64,000 nucleotides of DNA, taken from the NCBI GenBank assembly GCA_964597575.1, contig CAZQXB010000001.1, positions 338,111 to 402,110 of the forward strand, written 5' to 3'. The notes under the pieces are model-generated. The model saw nothing but the letters and a program-made list of their open reading frames with translations, did not search any database and was not told where the DNA came from. The DNA comes from an uncultured Gammaproteobacteria bacterium. Lineage in GTDB: Bacteria; Patescibacteriota; Patescibacteriia; Magasanikbacterales; UBA922. Shown here in pieces: positions 1 to 9,183 of the stretch; positions within the stretch are counted from its first letter, which is position 1; each line of letters begins with the position of its first letter. Both the position numbers and the translations under genes were made by a program.

Positions 1-2368
1 GATCTTTTAAAACAGTCGCTTTGGCTCTTCCGCCCCGCCCCTTCTTTTCTGTGGCAAAAATAGCCTCTGCTTCGGGAAGCGTGATAGAAAAAAGATCATT
101 ATCTTTTGGAATTGAACGAAAATCATCCCCGCGTTTAAGGTATGGGCCAAACCGACCTATGGTTGCGGTAACGGGTAGTCCGTTTGATTCCCCAAGAATA
201 CGGGGGAGGGAGATCACCATTTTTGCCTGTTCAATCGTGAGTGTGTTCGGATCAATTCCCGCGGAAATGGGTGCATGCTTTGGGCCGAAAGTTAAGGCGA
301 CTTTTTTCGCTTTCTTTTTGCTGTCTTTGTCGTCTTCTCCGAGCTGAAGGTATGGGCCAAACCGACCATTGCGTTTCGTAACCGCGAGGCCAGTTGCTTC
401 ATCGGTAAATAATTCTTGCGGGCCTTGTGGTTGGCTCAAAATTTCAAGCGCTTTTTCAAGTGTCATGTCTCCGGGCGGAATGCTTTCAGGAATCGACGCA
501 GTGTTTCCTTCGCCCCCTTCCCCTCGTTGAATGTAGGGTCCGTATTTTCCACTTTTTACGATCACTTCATCGCCTTTGGAATCCTTGCCAAGGGTAATAG
601 TGGGGTAGCTTTCTGCTTTGGTCGCTTTTTCTACTTCTTTGTGAAACGCAAATTGGTGTTTGCCACCATGATAAAACGAACGAATATAGGGTTGCCATTC
701 TTCGACACCCCCAGCAATGCGATCGAGGTCTTCTTCCATGGTGGCTGTGAAATGAACATCGACGAGAGAAGAGAAATGGGCCGATAAATATTCGTCAACA
801 ATCATCCCGGTGTATGTGGGAATAAGGGCGCTGCCTTGCTTAATCGCATACTCACGGTTGAGAATGGTTTCCATAATCGACGCATAGGTCGATGGTCTTC
901 CTACTCCGTTCGCTTCAAGTGCCTTAATTAAACTTGCTTCGCTGTAACGCGCTGGTGGCATGGTGGTGTGTACGTCGCCCCGTACTTCTTTCGGAAGAAC
1001 CTTATCTCCTTTTTGAAGAGGAGGAAGATGGACTTCGGTATGTTCGAGCTCTTCTTCAGGGTTGTCGGCTCCTTCTACATAGGCGCGTAAATATCCTGGA
1101 AAAAGAATTCGTTTCCCTTTGGCTTCAAACGTTGCCGTATCAATAACAATAGTGCTTGATACACGCATCATGTTGGCACTTTTCATTTGAGTTGCAACGG
1201 TGCGTTTCCAAATAAGTTCATAAAGCGCAGCTTCATCGCGCGAAACTTCTTTGGCCACTTCTTCTGGGTGCCGAAATGTTGCTCCCGCAGGCCGAATTGC
1301 CTCGTGCGCTTCTTGAGCTAACTTTGCTTTGGTGGTGAATTGCTTTGCGCTTTCCGCGACATATTCCTTTCCAAACGCCTCCGCTGCTTTTTGAGCGGCC
1401 TTTACGGCTTGGTCAGATAAATGAACAGAATCGGTACGCATGTAGGTAATATAACCCTGTTCGTAGAGTGCTTGAGCTGTCCGCATGGTTTGTTTGGCCG
1501 AAAGGTTCAGCTTCCGACTTCCTTCTTGTTGCAGAGTTGAGGTGACAAATGGAGGATATGGGTGTGATTGATAGGGTGTTTCTGTAACGTCGGTAACGTG
1601 CCATGGTTTTTGGGCAGCCAATTTTTTGCTGAGCGAATGTGCATCTGCTTCAGATAAGAGGGCAATTTCTTCTGGTTTTTTGAGTTTTCCGGTAGCTTCG
1701 TCAAAGTCGTTGCCGCTCGGTAAATGTTTTCCGTCAAGTTCAATCAAGCGCGCTTCAAAAGGCACTGTATCTTTTTCAAGGGTTGCGACAAGGTCGGCGT
1801 AGGTTGCCGAACGAAAGGCTTGGCGTGCGCGTTCTCGGAGTGCCAAAAGATGGACTGCAACTGACTGAACACGGCCTGCAGAAAGACCATAGCGCACTTT
1901 TTTCCAAAGAAGGGGGGAGAGCTCGTACCCTACGAGCCGATCAAGAACGCGACGTGCTTGCTGGGCATTTACTAGGTGAATATTTAAAGGTCGGGGGTTC
2001 GCAAGTGCACCTTCAATTGCGTCTTTCGTTATTTCATGAAATACAAGGCGTTTTACCTTTTCTGGCTTAATATGAAGAATCTCAGCCAAGTGCCAAGAAA
2101 TAGCCTCACCTTCACGGTCCTCGTCCGTTGCGAAGAGAATCTCATCAGCGTCTTTAGCGAGCTTTTTGAGCTCACTAACCGTCTTTTTTTTGGTCGCTGG
2201 AACCTCGTAGGCAGGCAAAAAGGTATCGCCCTCAATATCGACCGCCATATCGCTTTTCGGCAGGTCACGAACATGACCCATACTTGAGGTTACGCGAAAT
2301 TTTGAACCAAGGTATTTTCCAATGGTTTTGGCCTTGGTGGGAGACTCAACAATAACGAGAGTGGGCAT
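1..2368 (-). CDS. topA: DNA topoisomerase I, partial (C-terminus continues beyond the window start)
   Basis: Hand translation of the minus strand from the ATG near 2368 gives MPTLVIVESPTKAKTIGKYLGSKFRVTSSMGHVRDLP (Toprim) and continues without a stop to position 1 (…RFGPYLKRGDDFRS…ATVLKD). It is absent from the ORF track because it has no in-window stop. dprA immediately upstream is the conserved dprA–topA pair. Confidence 0.85.
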   Translation of the reverse strand, partial: MPTLVIVESPTKAKTIGKYLGSKFRVTSSMGHVRDLPKSDMAVDIEGDTFLPAYEVPATKKKTVSELKKLAKDADEILFATDEDREGEAISWHLAEILHIKPEKVKRLVFHEITKDAIEGALANPRPLNIHLVNAQQARRVLDRLVGYELSPLLWKKVRYGLSAGRVQSVAVHLLALRERARQAFRSATYADLVATLEKDTVPFEARLIELDGKHLPSGNDFDEATGKLKKPEEIALLSEADAHSLSKKLAAQKPWHVTDVTETPYQSHPYPPFVTSTLQQEGSRKLNLSAKQTMRTAQALYEQGYITYMRTDSVHLSDQAVKAAQKAAEAFGKEYVAESAKQFTTKAKLAQEAHEAIRPAGATFRHPEEVAKEVSRDEAALYELIWKRTVATQMKSANMMRVSSTIVIDTATFEAKGKRILFPGYLRAYVEGADNPEEELEHTEVHLPPLQKGDKVLPKEVRGDVHTTMPPARYSEASLIKALEANGVGRPSTYASIMETILNREYAIKQGSALIPTYTGMIVDEYLSAHFSSLVDVHFTATMEEDLDRIAGGVEEWQPYIRSFYHGGKHQFAFHKEVEKATKAESYPTITLGKDSKGDEVIVKSGKYGPYIQRGEGGEGNTASIPESIPPGDMTLEKALEILSQPQGPQELFTDEATGLAVTKRNGRFGPYLQLGEDDKDSKKKAKKVALTFGPKHAPISAGIDPNTLTIEQAKMVISLPRILGESNGLPVTATIGRFGPYLKRGDDFRSIPKDNDLFSITLPEAEAIFATEKKGRGGRAKATVLKD

Positions 2369-2441
2369 AGAACAGGTTTTTTTTGGGTTTTCCTTACTAT
2401 ACGTGAGCCACAAAAAAACGTCAATGGAGGCAAAAAATAGC

Positions 2442-3527
2442 CTATGACCGTATATAGTTCATGTTTCCGAGGTTTCGTACCAGTCCGCGAATTTCAAGTA
2501 AGGTAAGGGTTGCGCTCATGGCCATAGCCCCAAGCTCAGTTTTGACCCCGATTTCATCGACATGCATGGGTTCAAGGGAAAGAGCTTGGAGAATGCGAGC
2601 CTCTCCCTCGGAGAGGTCGGCATGGGTTGATTCCGCGGCTTTTTTAGTGAGCATGGGGATTCCAAGTGCTGTGGCAACGTCTGTGGCGTCCGTAACGAGC
2701 CAGGCCCCAAGCTTAAGGAGGTTATTAACCCCGCTTGCCGAAGGGGAGGTGATGTTTTGGGGGACTGCAAATACGTCGCGGCTATATTCAAGTGCTAGGG
2801 CCGCAGTAATAAGTGAGCCTGATTTTATACCGGCTTCTATTACAACTGTTCCAAGCGTCATCCCAGCCACCAGGCGATTTCTTTCTGGAAACATGTATGG
2901 TGCCGCTTCTTTGGTGGGGGGGTATTCAGAAATAACCGCTCCTCCATGCTCTATAATACTGTCTGCGAGCCGTACATGGGCTCGAGGGTAGACTGTTGAA
3001 CGAGCAATGCCAGAGCCGAGAACCGCAATAGTTTTCCCGCCAGCACGAATGGCACTTTCATGTGCCACCCCATCAATGCCGAGTGCGAGACCAGAAACAA
3101 TCGCCATGCCGGCACGAGCCAGATCAGCCGAGAGCATCTGGGTAACTTGTTTGCCGTAAGCGCTCGCGTTTCTTGGGCCGACAATAGCAATCGGGTGTTT
3201 GAGGGGTGCCAGATTTCCTCGTACAAAAAGAACAAGTGGGGGGTCTGCTATGTGGCGAAGCAAAGGGGGGAACGATTCGTCGGTTTGGGTGATTGGCTTA
3301 ATGCCTTCGCGCTGCAATTCTTCTTCAATTTGGTCTGGTACGACCTCTGTCCGCCAACGAAGGAAGGCGGTCAGGGTTTCTTCTGGCCAGCGTAAAGAAC
3401 GTAAATCTGAAGCACTGACATCAAATGCTTGGGCAATACTTCCGCATAAACGACTCAGGTCACGTGCGCGTTTGCGGGTGAAGCCAGGGAAAAAACTGAA
3501 AAGTACCTCCTTTTGCATAGAACTCAA
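2442..3527 (-). CDS. dprA: DNA processing protein DprA/Smf
   Basis: The 361-aa ORF has a Rossmann-like DprA core (IAIVGPRNASAYGKQ…VSGLALGIDGVAHESAIRAGGKTIAVLGSGI…AVISEYPPT…PERNRLVAG) and lies directly upstream of topA. Confidence 0.85.
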   Translation of the reverse strand: MSSMQKEVLFSFFPGFTRKRARDLSRLCGSIAQAFDVSASDLRSLRWPEETLTAFLRWRTEVVPDQIEEELQREGIKPITQTDESFPPLLRHIADPPLVLFVRGNLAPLKHPIAIVGPRNASAYGKQVTQMLSADLARAGMAIVSGLALGIDGVAHESAIRAGGKTIAVLGSGIARSTVYPRAHVRLADSIIEHGGAVISEYPPTKEAAPYMFPERNRLVAGMTLGTVVIEAGIKSGSLITAALALEYSRDVFAVPQNITSPSASGVNNLLKLGAWLVTDATDVATALGIPMLTKKAAESTHADLSEGEARILQALSLEPMHVDEIGVKTELGAMAMSATLTLLEIRGLVRNLGNMNYIRS

Positions 3528-4075
3528 GAGCGAATAAGCTTGGTGAGTGCAATAACACCCTGATCAAGAACTTTTTGCAGATTGCGGCGTTCTAAAAGTC
3601 CAAATTTTTGCAAAACAAATTGAGGGGTGTCAATCTTTTTTTGCTCTGAAGCCGAGGTGCCAATTCCAATGCGAACTCGAGTGAATTGTTTTGTCCCAAT
3701 AGCGTCGATAATAGAGCGGACGCCATTGTGCCCGGCATGACCACGATCTGTTTGAACTTTAATTTCTCCGAGAGGAATATCGATTTCGTCGTGAAGAACA
3801 ATAATATCCTGTGGTCGAATTTTATAAAATGCCCCCATAAGCTGAACTGAATGCCCTGATTCGTTCATGAACGTGGTGGGTTTGAGTAAAAGAACTTTTT
3901 CTTGAGATAGTGTTACGCCAGCGGTGAAGCCGTTAAATTTGCGTGATAATTCCCATGGGCTTACCCCTGCCTCTTTCAAATAGTCGTGAAAGTGATCAAT
4001 TAAAAGCCAACCCGCGTTGTGGCGAGTTTTCGCATAGTTCTTTCCGGGGTTTCCGAGACCGACAATAAGTTTCAT
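3524..4075 (-). CDS. pth: peptidyl-tRNA hydrolase
   Basis: The 183-aa ORF begins MKLIVGLGNPGKNYAKTRHNAGW and contains …HDEIDIPLG…GHNGVRS, the canonical Pth motifs. Confidence 0.9.
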   Translation of the reverse strand: MKLIVGLGNPGKNYAKTRHNAGWLLIDHFHDYLKEAGVSPWELSRKFNGFTAGVTLSQEKVLLLKPTTFMNESGHSVQLMGAFYKIRPQDIIVLHDEIDIPLGEIKVQTDRGHAGHNGVRSIIDAIGTKQFTRVRIGIGTSASEQKKIDTPQFVLQKFGLLERRNLQKVLDQGVIALTKLIRS

Positions 4076-4146
4076 ATAACGAAGACCCTTCTTTCTTCTT
4101 TATAGAGTACCATACAGGTAATGGTACCAGACATTCTTTCTTGTGG

Positions 4147-5580
4147 CTATCGTTTCATTTTGGTCAGCTTGAGAAGGACTGGTGTTCCGAAAAAGTCGAA
4201 TTCTTCACGCATTTTTCTTTCAACGAAGTTTAAGTACGAACGATGAATTGAGGTTTTGTATTTGATGAAGATTTCAAAAACAGGAGGATTGGTACCTACT
4301 TGGCGCATACCCATGAGTTTCGGGTAGCGTGTTCCTTTTCCGCGACTCGGCGCGTGTTCGCGTTGAATTTTTTCAAGAAACCAAGAGAGCTTACTTACCG
4401 GTACTTCGGTGTGGCGTGTCTTCCACGCGTGCATGATATGCGGAAAAATTTGGTGAACGCGATACCCGGTAAGTGAACTCACATACACAATCGGAGCGTA
4501 GTAAAGATTTGGAAATTCACCATAGAGGGCATCACGAATAGCGTTTCGTGCTTGGTCTGAAGTATCTGGGGCAGTATCCCATTTGTTCAAAATAATGATA
4601 ACGCTTTTGGCTCGCTGCTCAATAAGTCCACCAAGTTGCTTATCTTGAGAGCTTAATGGCTCGCTTCCATCGAGTACAAAAAGTACCATATCCGATGTTT
4701 CAATGGCGTCAATACTTTTTTGGATGCCGATTTTTTCAAGCTCTCCAGAAACACTCGCTTTACGGCGAATACCGGCGGTGTCAACGAATACAATATCTTG
4801 CTCTACCTTTTCACCATTTTCTTCTTCGTGAATATAGGTGATGCGGGTGTCGTACGGTTCACGAGTGGTGTGAGCAATAGGGCTCACAATCACTTTTTCT
4901 TCCCCAATAATTTTATTAAATAGGGATGATTTTCCTACATTCGGGCGGCCAATAAGAGTGATGCGAAGTGGTGGTTTTTCTTCTTGAATCACTTGCTTTG
5001 GTCGGCGAGCGCCCGTGTGAAGGATGGAAAAGATTTTATCAAGCAAGTCGCCAGTTTGTCGGCCGGTAGCGGCCGAGAGAGGGAAAGGTTCGCCGAGGCC
5101 TAAACTAAACCATTCTGGTGACATGACCACAGAATCAAGAGTAGGGGAATCGGCTTTGTTCGCAATAAGAAGAACAGGGACTTTTGCTTTTTTGCGTAAA
5201 TGCTCAGCCACTTTTCTGTCTGGGGTAAGCACTCCGCCTTTGGCATCGGTCACAAAAAGAATGACGTCAGCTTCAGCAAGCGCAAGTTCGCACTGGGCAA
5301 GAATGTCTTCTTCAAAAAGTTCCCCTTCGTGGAAGGTGAGACCCCCGGTATCAATGAGCCGAAGTTCGCGTGCGCGCCAGACGATAATGCCGGCATTATT
5401 GGTACGAGTCGTTCCAGGGATATCAGAAACAATCGCCTTGTTTTCCTCAATTAAGGTGTTAAAAAGGGTCGATTTTCCCACATTGGTTCGACCGACGATT
5501 GCCACGACCGGAAGGTCTCGGGTGTCTTTAACGGCAGGGGTTGCCATATGTTTAGGGGCTAGGTTCAGTGAAATCGTCAC
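4147..5580 (-). CDS. der: ribosome-associated GTPase Der/EngA
   Basis: Two tandem GTPase domains (VAIVGRTNVGKSTLFN…DTGG and ITLIGRPNVGKSSLFN…DTAG…NKWD) are followed by a KH-like C-terminus. The true start may be an internal Met. Confidence 0.9.
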   Translation of the reverse strand: MTISLNLAPKHMATPAVKDTRDLPVVAIVGRTNVGKSTLFNTLIEENKAIVSDIPGTTRTNNAGIIVWRARELRLIDTGGLTFHEGELFEEDILAQCELALAEADVILFVTDAKGGVLTPDRKVAEHLRKKAKVPVLLIANKADSPTLDSVVMSPEWFSLGLGEPFPLSAATGRQTGDLLDKIFSILHTGARRPKQVIQEEKPPLRITLIGRPNVGKSSLFNKIIGEEKVIVSPIAHTTREPYDTRITYIHEEENGEKVEQDIVFVDTAGIRRKASVSGELEKIGIQKSIDAIETSDMVLFVLDGSEPLSSQDKQLGGLIEQRAKSVIIILNKWDTAPDTSDQARNAIRDALYGEFPNLYYAPIVYVSSLTGYRVHQIFPHIMHAWKTRHTEVPVSKLSWFLEKIQREHAPSRGKGTRYPKLMGMRQVGTNPPVFEIFIKYKTSIHRSYLNFVERKMREEFDFFGTPVLLKLTKMKR

Positions 5581-7120
5581 CGAGAATAATAAGGATATCT
5601 GTCGTTGAGGCAGCCATTTCTCCGGCGGGGAGTTCGGTCTTCGCGGGAACCCCTAGGCTTTCGGCAGCTTCTTTCACCAGTTCAGGCAGGGCGCGGGCAC
5701 TTACAGGGTAGGCGCCACTTTCAGCTATAGGTCGGTTAAGAGTATTCCCAATTACGCTAATTGTCAAGCCTTTTTCGGTTAAATGTTTGGCAGTGCGGGC
5801 CCCGAGACCCCCCCGCCAGGTCCCATTTTGGATCTCAATTGTGGCAATCGGTTTTACCGGGGTGGTCTGTTCTGGGGTGGTATTGATGACCACAGGGGTT
5901 TCTTCAAAGACTGAAGCAATGGCTTGTTTCATGGCATCAAAATTGCCCGTTACGGGTGAAAGAATGTAGGCCCCCTCAGGGCTAATACTATCGACCAAGA
6001 ACCCTCCTTCGCGATTGTCAAAAACGAGGGTGCGGAGTTCGTCGCGGTTTACTTCTTTAGCCAAGCGAAGGAGTGCGGCGATCTCTCCATAAGACAAATT
6101 TGTTGAAAGATGAGATTCGAATGTCGTGAAAAGTTGATTTATGCGTACCGGATTAGCGAGTACTCCAAATGAAAGCATTTTTTCTTTGACCGCAAGAATC
6201 ATTTTTTGTTGGCGTTTGGCACGAGCAAAGTCAGAGCCCTCGCCATTGTTTCCGTGGCGAGAGCGGGCGTAGATAAGCGCCCGAGAGCCATTCATGGTTT
6301 GTTCTCCTTTTTTAAAAGAAACGGTTTGAAAGGTAAAGTTTGGCCCCGGGTATTCATTATCGGTAAAACTACGCTCAACATCGATCGTAATTCCGCCCAC
6401 TTCATCGATTAACTCTTCAAACGCATAAAAATCAATGCGAGCGTAGTAGTGGATTGGCAGGTCAAAAAAATCCCCAATAGTTTTCGCGGCAAAGGAAGCC
6501 CCTGTACCGGATTTCTTTTTTTCCCCAAGATGGTTTATGGAATTAATTTTTACTCGATTTTCTCCAGGGATGGTTATGGCGAGATCACGCGGAATGGAAA
6601 TCAGAGCGACTTCCTTTGTTGATTGTTTAATGCTCGCAATAATAATAGTATCGGTCAGAAATGGACCGTCATGTCCGGGACCACCTTGACCAAGAAGAAG
6701 GATGTTAATGCGGTCCCGCTTTTCTGCTTTTAATACGACATCGCCACTGAAAACCAATTCTTTAATTCGGCCGAAAAGGGTGGTGGGTCGGGTGGATTCA
6801 CTGCTGGTATCGCTATTATATAATTCTTCTGTTTCGGGTGAGTGAATGGGAATAAATAACCAGATCGTAAACCATAAGAAAAAAATACCCAATCCAATAC
6901 AAAAAAGAAGTCGCCAGGAAAAATGTATTCTTCGATACCAGGGAGTTTTATTTTCAAAAGAGCGAGAAGAAGGGGTTCGGTGGATGGTCTCACTCGTGAG
7001 AAAATTAATTGGCCGAACAGGAATTTTCTGAAAGGGACGACGCTCTTTTTCGTGATGGTCCGGAAAGGTAGACATACAAAGTATAGAGACTAGTATACCG
7101 GAAAAACCAATCGTTTCCAA
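5552..7120 (-). CDS. LytR-CpsA-Psr (LCP) family cell-envelope protein
   Basis: An N-terminal TM helix precedes an LCP core (INILLLGQGGPGHDGPFLTDTIIIASI…ISIPRDL…INSINHLG). The start is uncertain, and the ORF overlaps the der start by 29 nt. Confidence 0.75.
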   Translation of the reverse strand: METIGFSGILVSILCMSTFPDHHEKERRPFQKIPVRPINFLTSETIHRTPSSRSFENKTPWYRRIHFSWRLLFCIGLGIFFLWFTIWLFIPIHSPETEELYNSDTSSESTRPTTLFGRIKELVFSGDVVLKAEKRDRINILLLGQGGPGHDGPFLTDTIIIASIKQSTKEVALISIPRDLAITIPGENRVKINSINHLGEKKKSGTGASFAAKTIGDFFDLPIHYYARIDFYAFEELIDEVGGITIDVERSFTDNEYPGPNFTFQTVSFKKGEQTMNGSRALIYARSRHGNNGEGSDFARAKRQQKMILAVKEKMLSFGVLANPVRINQLFTTFESHLSTNLSYGEIAALLRLAKEVNRDELRTLVFDNREGGFLVDSISPEGAYILSPVTGNFDAMKQAIASVFEETPVVINTTPEQTTPVKPIATIEIQNGTWRGGLGARTAKHLTEKGLTISVIGNTLNRPIAESGAYPVSARALPELVKEAAESLGVPAKTELPAGEMAASTTDILIILGDDFTEPSP

Positions 7121-7187
7121 ACAAAGTCTGTGCGCTTTTTCGGCTTTTATGGTATACTGAACGTGTTGATTTTACCTTTGCGGTGCT

Positions 7188-7691
7188 ATGCCACAACTTG
7201 TAACCACGGAACTCGATACAGGAAAAACACTCCTCGAGTGGGCCGTTCAGGAATACAATCGTCATGTCCGAGGACAGTGGTGGTACATTCTCATTATTAG
7301 TTTCGGTTTAATTTTTGTTGTATACGCTATCCTTAGCGACAATTTTTTGTTTGCACTTTTCATCATTTTGGCTGCTATTGTTTTATACCAACAGTCCGCA
7401 ACGCCTGCCATTACGGTTCCGGTTGAACTCACTGAAAAAGGCTTAGTACTAGGTACTCGCTTCTACCCTTGGGCCGAACTCGCTTCTTTTTCTTTGGTAT
7501 ATGAACCACCAGAGGTGAAATTGTTGTACATTTCGACTGCGCGATGGTTTTTGCCGACGATTCAGATTCCTCTTCATGATATGAATCCGATTGAGGTGCG
7601 AGAAACGCTTTTAGAATTTTTAACGGAAAATGCAGAAACTCCGGAAGAATCAGTGAGTGACACCATTGCGCGTCGTTGGAAACTACTGTAG
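7188..7691 (+). CDS. hypothetical membrane protein (two TM helices followed by a small soluble domain)
   Basis: The 167-aa ORF has two hydrophobic helices (WWYILIISFGLIFVVYAIL / FLFALFIILAAIVLY). No family was recognised. Confidence 0.5.
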   Translation: MPQLVTTELDTGKTLLEWAVQEYNRHVRGQWWYILIISFGLIFVVYAILSDNFLFALFIILAAIVLYQQSATPAITVPVELTEKGLVLGTRFYPWAELASFSLVYEPPEVKLLYISTARWFLPTIQIPLHDMNPIEVRETLLEFLTENAETPEESVSDTIARRWKLL

Positions 7692-8273
7692 CTCGTCTGC
7701 TACAGTAGCCCAGGTGTCCCAATAGATTTTACTTTTCTTTGCTTTTTCGTAAATTTCAGCCGCACTCCAGAGTGTGGCTTCGTTATTTCCGCCGGCAAGA
7801 TTGTGAACAAGACGATAAGGGGAGAGCGGTGGAGTTTCTTTTGTTGGGGAGGAGAGTAGGGCGACGAGCACGTGCGTAGCCTGGCTTTGTTCTGTCCGTG
7901 AAAATTCAGTTTTGTCAGCCTGTACATCGGGGTCGTTGAGGTACGCTTCTTTCGTATACACAATTGCGGTAAGGTTTTGAATGGGAGCGGCATGACTGCG
8001 TTTGAGGTAGGCCGAAACATGCTCACGATGAGTTTGGAGTGTATAATCGTTCGGGTTAAGGGTGCGTTTTCCAACCCCGGCCGATACGGTGCCAAAAAGA
8101 CTGTCTGGGAGAATAATAGCGTGTTGGCCAGGGTAACGATCGGTCTCTCTCGATTGCTCTTTGATCGCCGCGGTAAGCCCCTTTAGGAATGCGGCTTGGT
8201 CAATAACTTTAGTACCAATAGTGATCGCGTCAAAGGCGTTTAAGGTATTACAGATTCCAATAACGATAGCCAT
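7683..8273 (-). CDS. hypothetical protein (alpha/beta; speculative macro-like N-terminal motif)
   Basis: The 196-aa ORF starts MAIVIGICNTLNAFDAITIGTKV. No confident family assignment; an antisense ORF at 7700–8095 is considered spurious. Confidence 0.4.
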   Translation of the reverse strand: MAIVIGICNTLNAFDAITIGTKVIDQAAFLKGLTAAIKEQSRETDRYPGQHAIILPDSLFGTVSAGVGKRTLNPNDYTLQTHREHVSAYLKRSHAAPIQNLTAIVYTKEAYLNDPDVQADKTEFSRTEQSQATHVLVALLSSPTKETPPLSPYRLVHNLAGGNNEATLWSAAEIYEKAKKSKIYWDTWATVADELQ

Positions 8274-8343
8274 ATTTGAGACAAAGGTGAACTATTGACG
8301 AGTACATATATATAGAGTATAATGACCACGTTATATTTTCAAC

Positions 8344-8415
8344 GCACTCGTCGTTCAATGGATAGGACATTAGCTTGCGGAGCTGAGGATCTAGGTTCGA
8401 TTCCTAGCGAGTGCA
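8344..8415 (+). tRNA. tRNA-Arg (anticodon GCG)
   Basis: Hand-folded cloverleaf: acceptor GCACTCG/CGAGTGC, D-stem GTTC/GGAC, anticodon stem TTAGC/GCTGA with loop TTGCGGA (U33, anticodon GCG, G37), T-arm CTAGG-TTCGATT-CCTAG. CCA is not encoded. Confidence 0.7.
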
Positions 8416-8422
8416 CAACAAT

Positions 8423-8456
8423 AAAATCCCCAAATTTGGGGATTTTATTTTTGTTT
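8423..8456 (+). terminator. rho-independent terminator after tRNA-Arg
   Basis: Hairpin AAAATCCCC-AAATTT-GGGGATTTT followed by a T-run. Confidence 0.6.
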
Positions 8457-8458
8457 CA

Positions 8459-8530
8459 TGGAGACTAGGAATCGAACCTAGGGAAGGGTGAAACCGCAAG
8501 GTTTCAATTGCTGAAGAAGAGGATTGGGAA
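8459..8530 (-). other. inverted tRNA-like fragment (T-arm plus anticodon-arm-like hairpin), probable tRNA relic
   Basis: The minus strand reads …GAAACC-TTGC-GGTTTC…CTAGGTTCGATTCCTAG-TCTCCA. The T-arm is identical to the tRNA-Arg T-arm 60 nt upstream, and the hairpin contains the same TTGCGG as its anticodon loop. No matching acceptor or D-arm could be found. Confidence 0.35.
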
Positions 8531-9183
8531 AACCGGCATCCTTTCCCCCGTGCACCTTCTTTTCCTGTATAATGGAAAGTGCTGAAATAAATTCCTGCCG
8601 TCCACTGTATTACTTTGGTATGCCACTAGACCACCTCACCGATGAGGAGCTTGTTCGCGTCGTTTTGGAAAAAGACCCACAAGCATATAGTGAAATTATC
8701 CGCCGCTACGAAGGAAAGCTAACGCATTATGTGCGGAAGTTTATTCGTGATCCCGATGAACGGGCCGATGTTTTGCAAGATATTTTTATAAAAACATATA
8801 GAAATTTACATAGTTTTAAACCAGATAAAAAGTTTTCTTCGTGGGTGTACCGTATCGCACACAATGAGTCGATCAATGCATTAAAAAAATATGCGAAAGA
8901 AGTGGTTTCCTTGGATGAGTATGAATTTGAAATTATTGATAAAGAAATAGACGTAAAAAAAGATACCGATCACACCATTCTCCATGCAGAGATCGCGAAA
9001 GCTCTGGCGCATCTCAAGCCGAAATTTCGAGAGCCGCTCATCCTGTATTTTTTTGAAGAACGAAGTTACGATGAAATTAGTGATATCCTGCGCATTCCGA
9101 GAAGTACGGTCGGTGTTCTCCTCTTGCGCGGCAAAAAAATGCTCAAAGACATTCTCGATAAACATTCCTATGGAAAACGATAA
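8524..9183 (+). CDS. ECF-type RNA polymerase sigma factor (sigma-70 regions 2 and 4)
   Basis: Region 2 (DVLQDIFIKTYRNLHSFKPDKKFSSWVYRIAHNESINALKK) and region 4 (EPLILYFFEERSYDEISDILRIPRSTVGVLLLRGKKMLKDIL) are both present. The likely true start is Met at about 8619 (MPLDHLTDEEL); a TGTATAAT extended −10 lies at about 8565. Confidence 0.85.
   Translation: MGKPASFPPCTFFSCIMESAEINSCRPLYYFGMPLDHLTDEELVRVVLEKDPQAYSEIIRRYEGKLTHYVRKFIRDPDERADVLQDIFIKTYRNLHSFKPDKKFSSWVYRIAHNESINALKKYAKEVVSLDEYEFEIIDKEIDVKKDTDHTILHAEIAKALAHLKPKFREPLILYFFEERSYDEISDILRIPRSTVGVLLLRGKKMLKDILDKHSYGKR

Noticed and set aside
1-2368. Suspicion of an alternative genetic code (UGA recoding, as in some CPR lineages) because no long ORF was listed over the first 2.4 kb
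   Set aside because: The gap is explained by topA running off the window edge, so it has no in-window stop. All other long genes (dnaE 1160 aa, clpC 841 aa, pheT 815 aa) are intact under the standard code.
2461-3537. Plus-strand ORFs 2461–2991, 3060–3395 and 3199–3537 antisense to dprA
   Set aside because: They lie entirely within a well-supported DprA coding frame on the other strand. They have no motifs and biased low-complexity composition.
4656-5608. Plus-strand ORFs 4656–4841, 4720–4923, 5024–5608 and 5200–5454 antisense to der
   Set aside because: They are embedded in the Der GTPase coding region with no supporting signals. The 5024–5608 frame is Ser/Arg-rich low-complexity, typical of antisense reading.
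8459-8530. Possibility that the inverted T-arm belongs to a second complete tRNA gene on the minus strand
   Set aside because: I could not find a complementary acceptor stem or D-arm in the appropriate positions. Only the T-arm and an anticodon-like hairpin are present, so it is reported as a relic and not a tRNA.
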